Shown: piece after piece, positions 61,830 through 64,000 of the stretch
Layout: every line of letters begins with the position of its first letter
Numbering within the stretch: the first letter of the stretch is position 1
Notes under the pieces: model-generated
What the model saw: the letters and a program-made list of their open reading frames with translations, nothing else
Databases searched by the model: none
Told to the model about the DNA's origin: nothing
Assembly: GCA_016206925.1 (NCBI GenBank)
Contig: JACQQS010000037.1
Span: 838-64,837 of the forward strand
From: Candidatus Omnitrophota bacterium
GTDB lineage: Bacteria; Omnitrophota; Omnitrophia; Omnitrophales; JACQQS01
Direction: 5' to 3'
Length of the DNA stretch: 64,000 nt
Position numbers and translations under genes: made by a program

Positions 61830-63458
61830 ATGAAACCATTAAATATTGCCATTGCACAAGTGAATCCAACGGTTGGAGATTTTGAAGGAAATCTCCAGCG
61901 GATTTATTCCCGCGTGCGCGAAGCGCATAAAAAGAGAGCCGATATCGTAATTTTCAGCGAAATGTCTATCTGTGGCTATCCGGTGTGGGACCTTGCCAAT
62001 AAACCCCGGTTTGTGGCAGCCGGCCTCCGCGCTTTGAAGAAACTTCAGAAAATGACTGCGCGATTGAGGCCGCTTGTTATCGTGGGCTTTATCGACCGGC
62101 AGGCCGGAGAAAAGAAATCATTCAATGCACTTGCCGCTATTTATCGCGGGGGCATTGTACACAAGCAATACAAAACATTGCTTCCCACTTACGATGTATT
62201 CTTGGAGCAGATTTTCTTCCAGCCGGGCGGAAAATCCCGGCTTTTTGAATTCAAAGGCTGGAAAATCGGAACGAGCATTTGCGAAGATCTTTGGGATGAT
62301 GACTACGAGGAAAAGCCAACCCAGAAACTTTCGGAGCTCGGAGCCGAATTCATCGTCAACATTTCCGCATCTCCGTTTCATCAAAATGTCGGCCCGGTCC
62401 GGGAAGCGCTGGTTACCCGGCAGTCGCGGAAATGCGGCGTGCCCATCGTTTACGTTAATCAAACCGGTGCGCAGGATGATTTGATCTTTGACGGGCGAAG
62501 CCTTGTAGCAACGCCCGACGGCAGGATCCGGTTTCGCGCTCCGGCGTTCGAAGAGGGGCTTTTCATGTTTAAGTTAGGTGCAGTCCATCCGCGACCGCGC
62601 GGTAATCCGGAGCGCGTGCGACTGGTTTACGCTGCATTAAAGCTTGGCATACGCGATTACTGCAGGAAAAATGGTTTCACGCACGTCGTGCTTGGCTTAA
62701 GCGGCGGCATTGATTCAGGGCTGACCGCTGCGCTCGCGGCTGACGCGCTTGGCGCGGAAAACGTACTGGGTGTTACGATGCCCGGTCCTTATTCATCGGA
62801 GGGGAGTATTCAGGATTCCCGGGAACTTGCCGAAAAACTTGGAATCGAATTTCGCGAAATTCCGATTACCGGAATGTATGATGAAGCGCGCCGGCAGCGT
62901 TACGGAGAAACGAAAGGGCGGGAGATTACGCTTGCGGATGAAAATTTTCAGGCACGCCTTCGCGGGCTGGAACTGATGTATATTTCGAATAGCGAAGGGC
63001 GGCTCCTGCTTTCAACGGGGAATAAATCCGAGCTTGCGGTCGGCTATTGCACACTTTACGGAGATATGTGCGGAGGGCTCTGCGTTTTAGGTGATGTGTT
63101 CAAGACCGAAGTGTATAAGCTTGCCCGCTTCCGGAATGGAATTTCTCCGGTCATTCCCGCCGCCACATTGAGAAAACCGCCGTCCGCTGAACTGCGCCCG
63201 AATCAGACGGACCAGGATTCTCTGCCGCCGTACGATCAATTAGACAAAATCTTGCGGGACTACGTAGAGGAAAATCTTTCAAGAGCCGAAATTGAAGCCA
63301 GGTATCGCAGCCGGATTTCTCCGTCCGTTATCTTTCGCGTTCTCAATCTGGTGGATCATAATGAATACAAGCGGCGGCAGGCAGCGCCGACGCTCCGCAT
63401 AAGCACGAAAGCGTGGTTCGGCAGGCGCATGCCCATCACGAATCGATTTAGAGATTAA
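61830..63458 (+). CDS. nadE: Glutamine-dependent NAD+ synthetase
   Basis: ATG 61830 gives MKPLNIAIAQVNPTVGDFEGNL (CN-hydrolase domain, ICEDLW catalytic Cys region). C-terminal LGLSGGIDSGL PP-loop synthetase domain. Confidence 0.93.
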   Translation: MKPLNIAIAQVNPTVGDFEGNLQRIYSRVREAHKKRADIVIFSEMSICGYPVWDLANKPRFVAAGLRALKKLQKMTARLRPLVIVGFIDRQAGEKKSFNALAAIYRGGIVHKQYKTLLPTYDVFLEQIFFQPGGKSRLFEFKGWKIGTSICEDLWDDDYEEKPTQKLSELGAEFIVNISASPFHQNVGPVREALVTRQSRKCGVPIVYVNQTGAQDDLIFDGRSLVATPDGRIRFRAPAFEEGLFMFKLGAVHPRPRGNPERVRLVYAALKLGIRDYCRKNGFTHVVLGLSGGIDSGLTAALAADALGAENVLGVTMPGPYSSEGSIQDSRELAEKLGIEFREIPITGMYDEARRQRYGETKGREITLADENFQARLRGLELMYISNSEGRLLLSTGNKSELAVGYCTLYGDMCGGLCVLGDVFKTEVYKLARFRNGISPVIPAATLRKPPSAELRPNQTDQDSLPPYDQLDKILRDYVEENLSRAEIEARYRSRISPSVIFRVLNLVDHNEYKRRQAAPTLRISTKAWFGRRMPITNRFRD

Positions 63459-63461
63459 AAC

Positions 63462-64000
63462 TTGGAAATTGTCGGCATTCCTAAAGAAATCAAACCGAAC
63501 GAAAAACGCGTAGGACTCACTCCAACCGGTGTTCGCACATTGACGGAGCACGGCGCGCGCGTTCTGGTTCAAAAGGACGCCGGAACCGGTGCCGGTTTCA
63601 CTGATGATTTGTACTTGAAAGCGGGTGCCAATATCGTTAGCGAAGCGCGCGAGCTTTGGCAGATGGCTTCGATTATTCAAAAGGTGAAAGAGCCGGTCTC
63701 CGCCGAGTTCGGATTTTTGCGGGAGAGCCAGGTTTTGTTCTGCTATCTGCATTTAGCATCCCAGGAGCAGTGCGCATTGGTGAAGGCGCTCGTTGCTTCC
63801 GGAATTACCGCAATTGGTTACGAAACGGTTGAAGTTGACGGCAGCACACCGCTTCTTAAACCCATGAGCCAGGTGGCCGGAACGCTGGCCGGTTATTATG
63901 CGGGCATATTCAGAAATCTGACGGAAGTAACGCGCAATACGGCAAGGCTTAGCGAGAGCGGTAAAAAACTGGTGCATCAGGCTGCCGGGCGGTATCCGGA
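63462..64000 (+). CDS. ald: Alanine dehydrogenase (3' end beyond window)
   Basis: Not in the ORF track (runs off the edge). TTG 63462 reads LEIVGIPKEIKPNEKRVGLTPTGVRTLTEHGARVLVQKDAGTGAGFTDDLY...KVKEP...LFCYLHLA...GYETV...PLLKPMSQVAG, the AlaDH N-terminal pattern. Confidence 0.85.
   Translation, partial: MEIVGIPKEIKPNEKRVGLTPTGVRTLTEHGARVLVQKDAGTGAGFTDDLYLKAGANIVSEARELWQMASIIQKVKEPVSAEFGFLRESQVLFCYLHLASQEQCALVKALVASGITAIGYETVEVDGSTPLLKPMSQVAGTLAGYYAGIFRNLTEVTRNTARLSESGKKLVHQAAGRYP

Noticed and set aside
63279-63977. Two minus-strand ORFs (157 and 74 aa)
   Set aside because: They are antisense to the nadE 3' end and to the plus-strand alanine dehydrogenase gene. That gene was missing from the ORF track only because it runs off the window.

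Overview
This 64-kb chromosomal segment is coded almost entirely on the + strand; only two small genes lie on the - strand. All calls come from reading the sequence and ORF translations by eye against remembered family motifs. No searches were run, so domain names are hypotheses of varying strength. Gene content (a PVC-type small basic protein, BatD/BatE, many TPR/SPOR/PilZ proteins, abundant GTCATTGCGAG-type palindromic elements) suggests an uncultivated Omnitrophota/PVC-like bacterium, by inference only. Housekeeping genes: efp (5' end at the window edge), mutY, gltA, trpB-trpA, ruvX, an M16 peptidase, rpe, lepA, lepB, pdxH, thyA-folA, tRNA-Ala(CGC), pgi, nadE and ald (3' partial). A beta-oxidation operon (30.1-42 kb) holds thiolase, 3-hydroxyacyl-CoA dehydrogenase, enoyl-CoA hydratase, acyl-CoA dehydrogenase, two ETF-like pairs, fadD and an alpha/beta hydrolase. 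It is preceded by five direct GCAAGTCGGT repeats abutting a promoter. The most unusual feature is a single 10,260-nt ORF (42587..52846, 3,419 aa) with a signal peptide and one internal TM helix. It consists of apparently unrelated modules: two transglutaminase/papain-like Cys-His-Asp/Glu cores, a receiver-like segment, a TPR array, a GNAT-like segment and several unassignable ones. The modules are joined by eleven copies of a G-F-G-A/V tetrapeptide whose codons vary synonymously. One AT-rich module is bracketed by a 42-nt extended copy of this linker. The second theme is a MITE-like family with termini GTCATTGCGAG...CTCGCAATGAC: six full copies in two subfamilies, plus twin GC-hairpin cores that show compensatory changes between copies. 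Two 87-bp copies sit in frame inside the giant ORF and are read in different frames. One remnant sits in frame inside pgi. Three copies appear to donate the ATG of the downstream gene, and one also supplies the trpA stop. A degraded accessory islet (10.9-13.35 kb) and two nucleotidyltransferase-fold two-gene modules are also present. No CRISPR array, rRNA, integrase or transposase was found.
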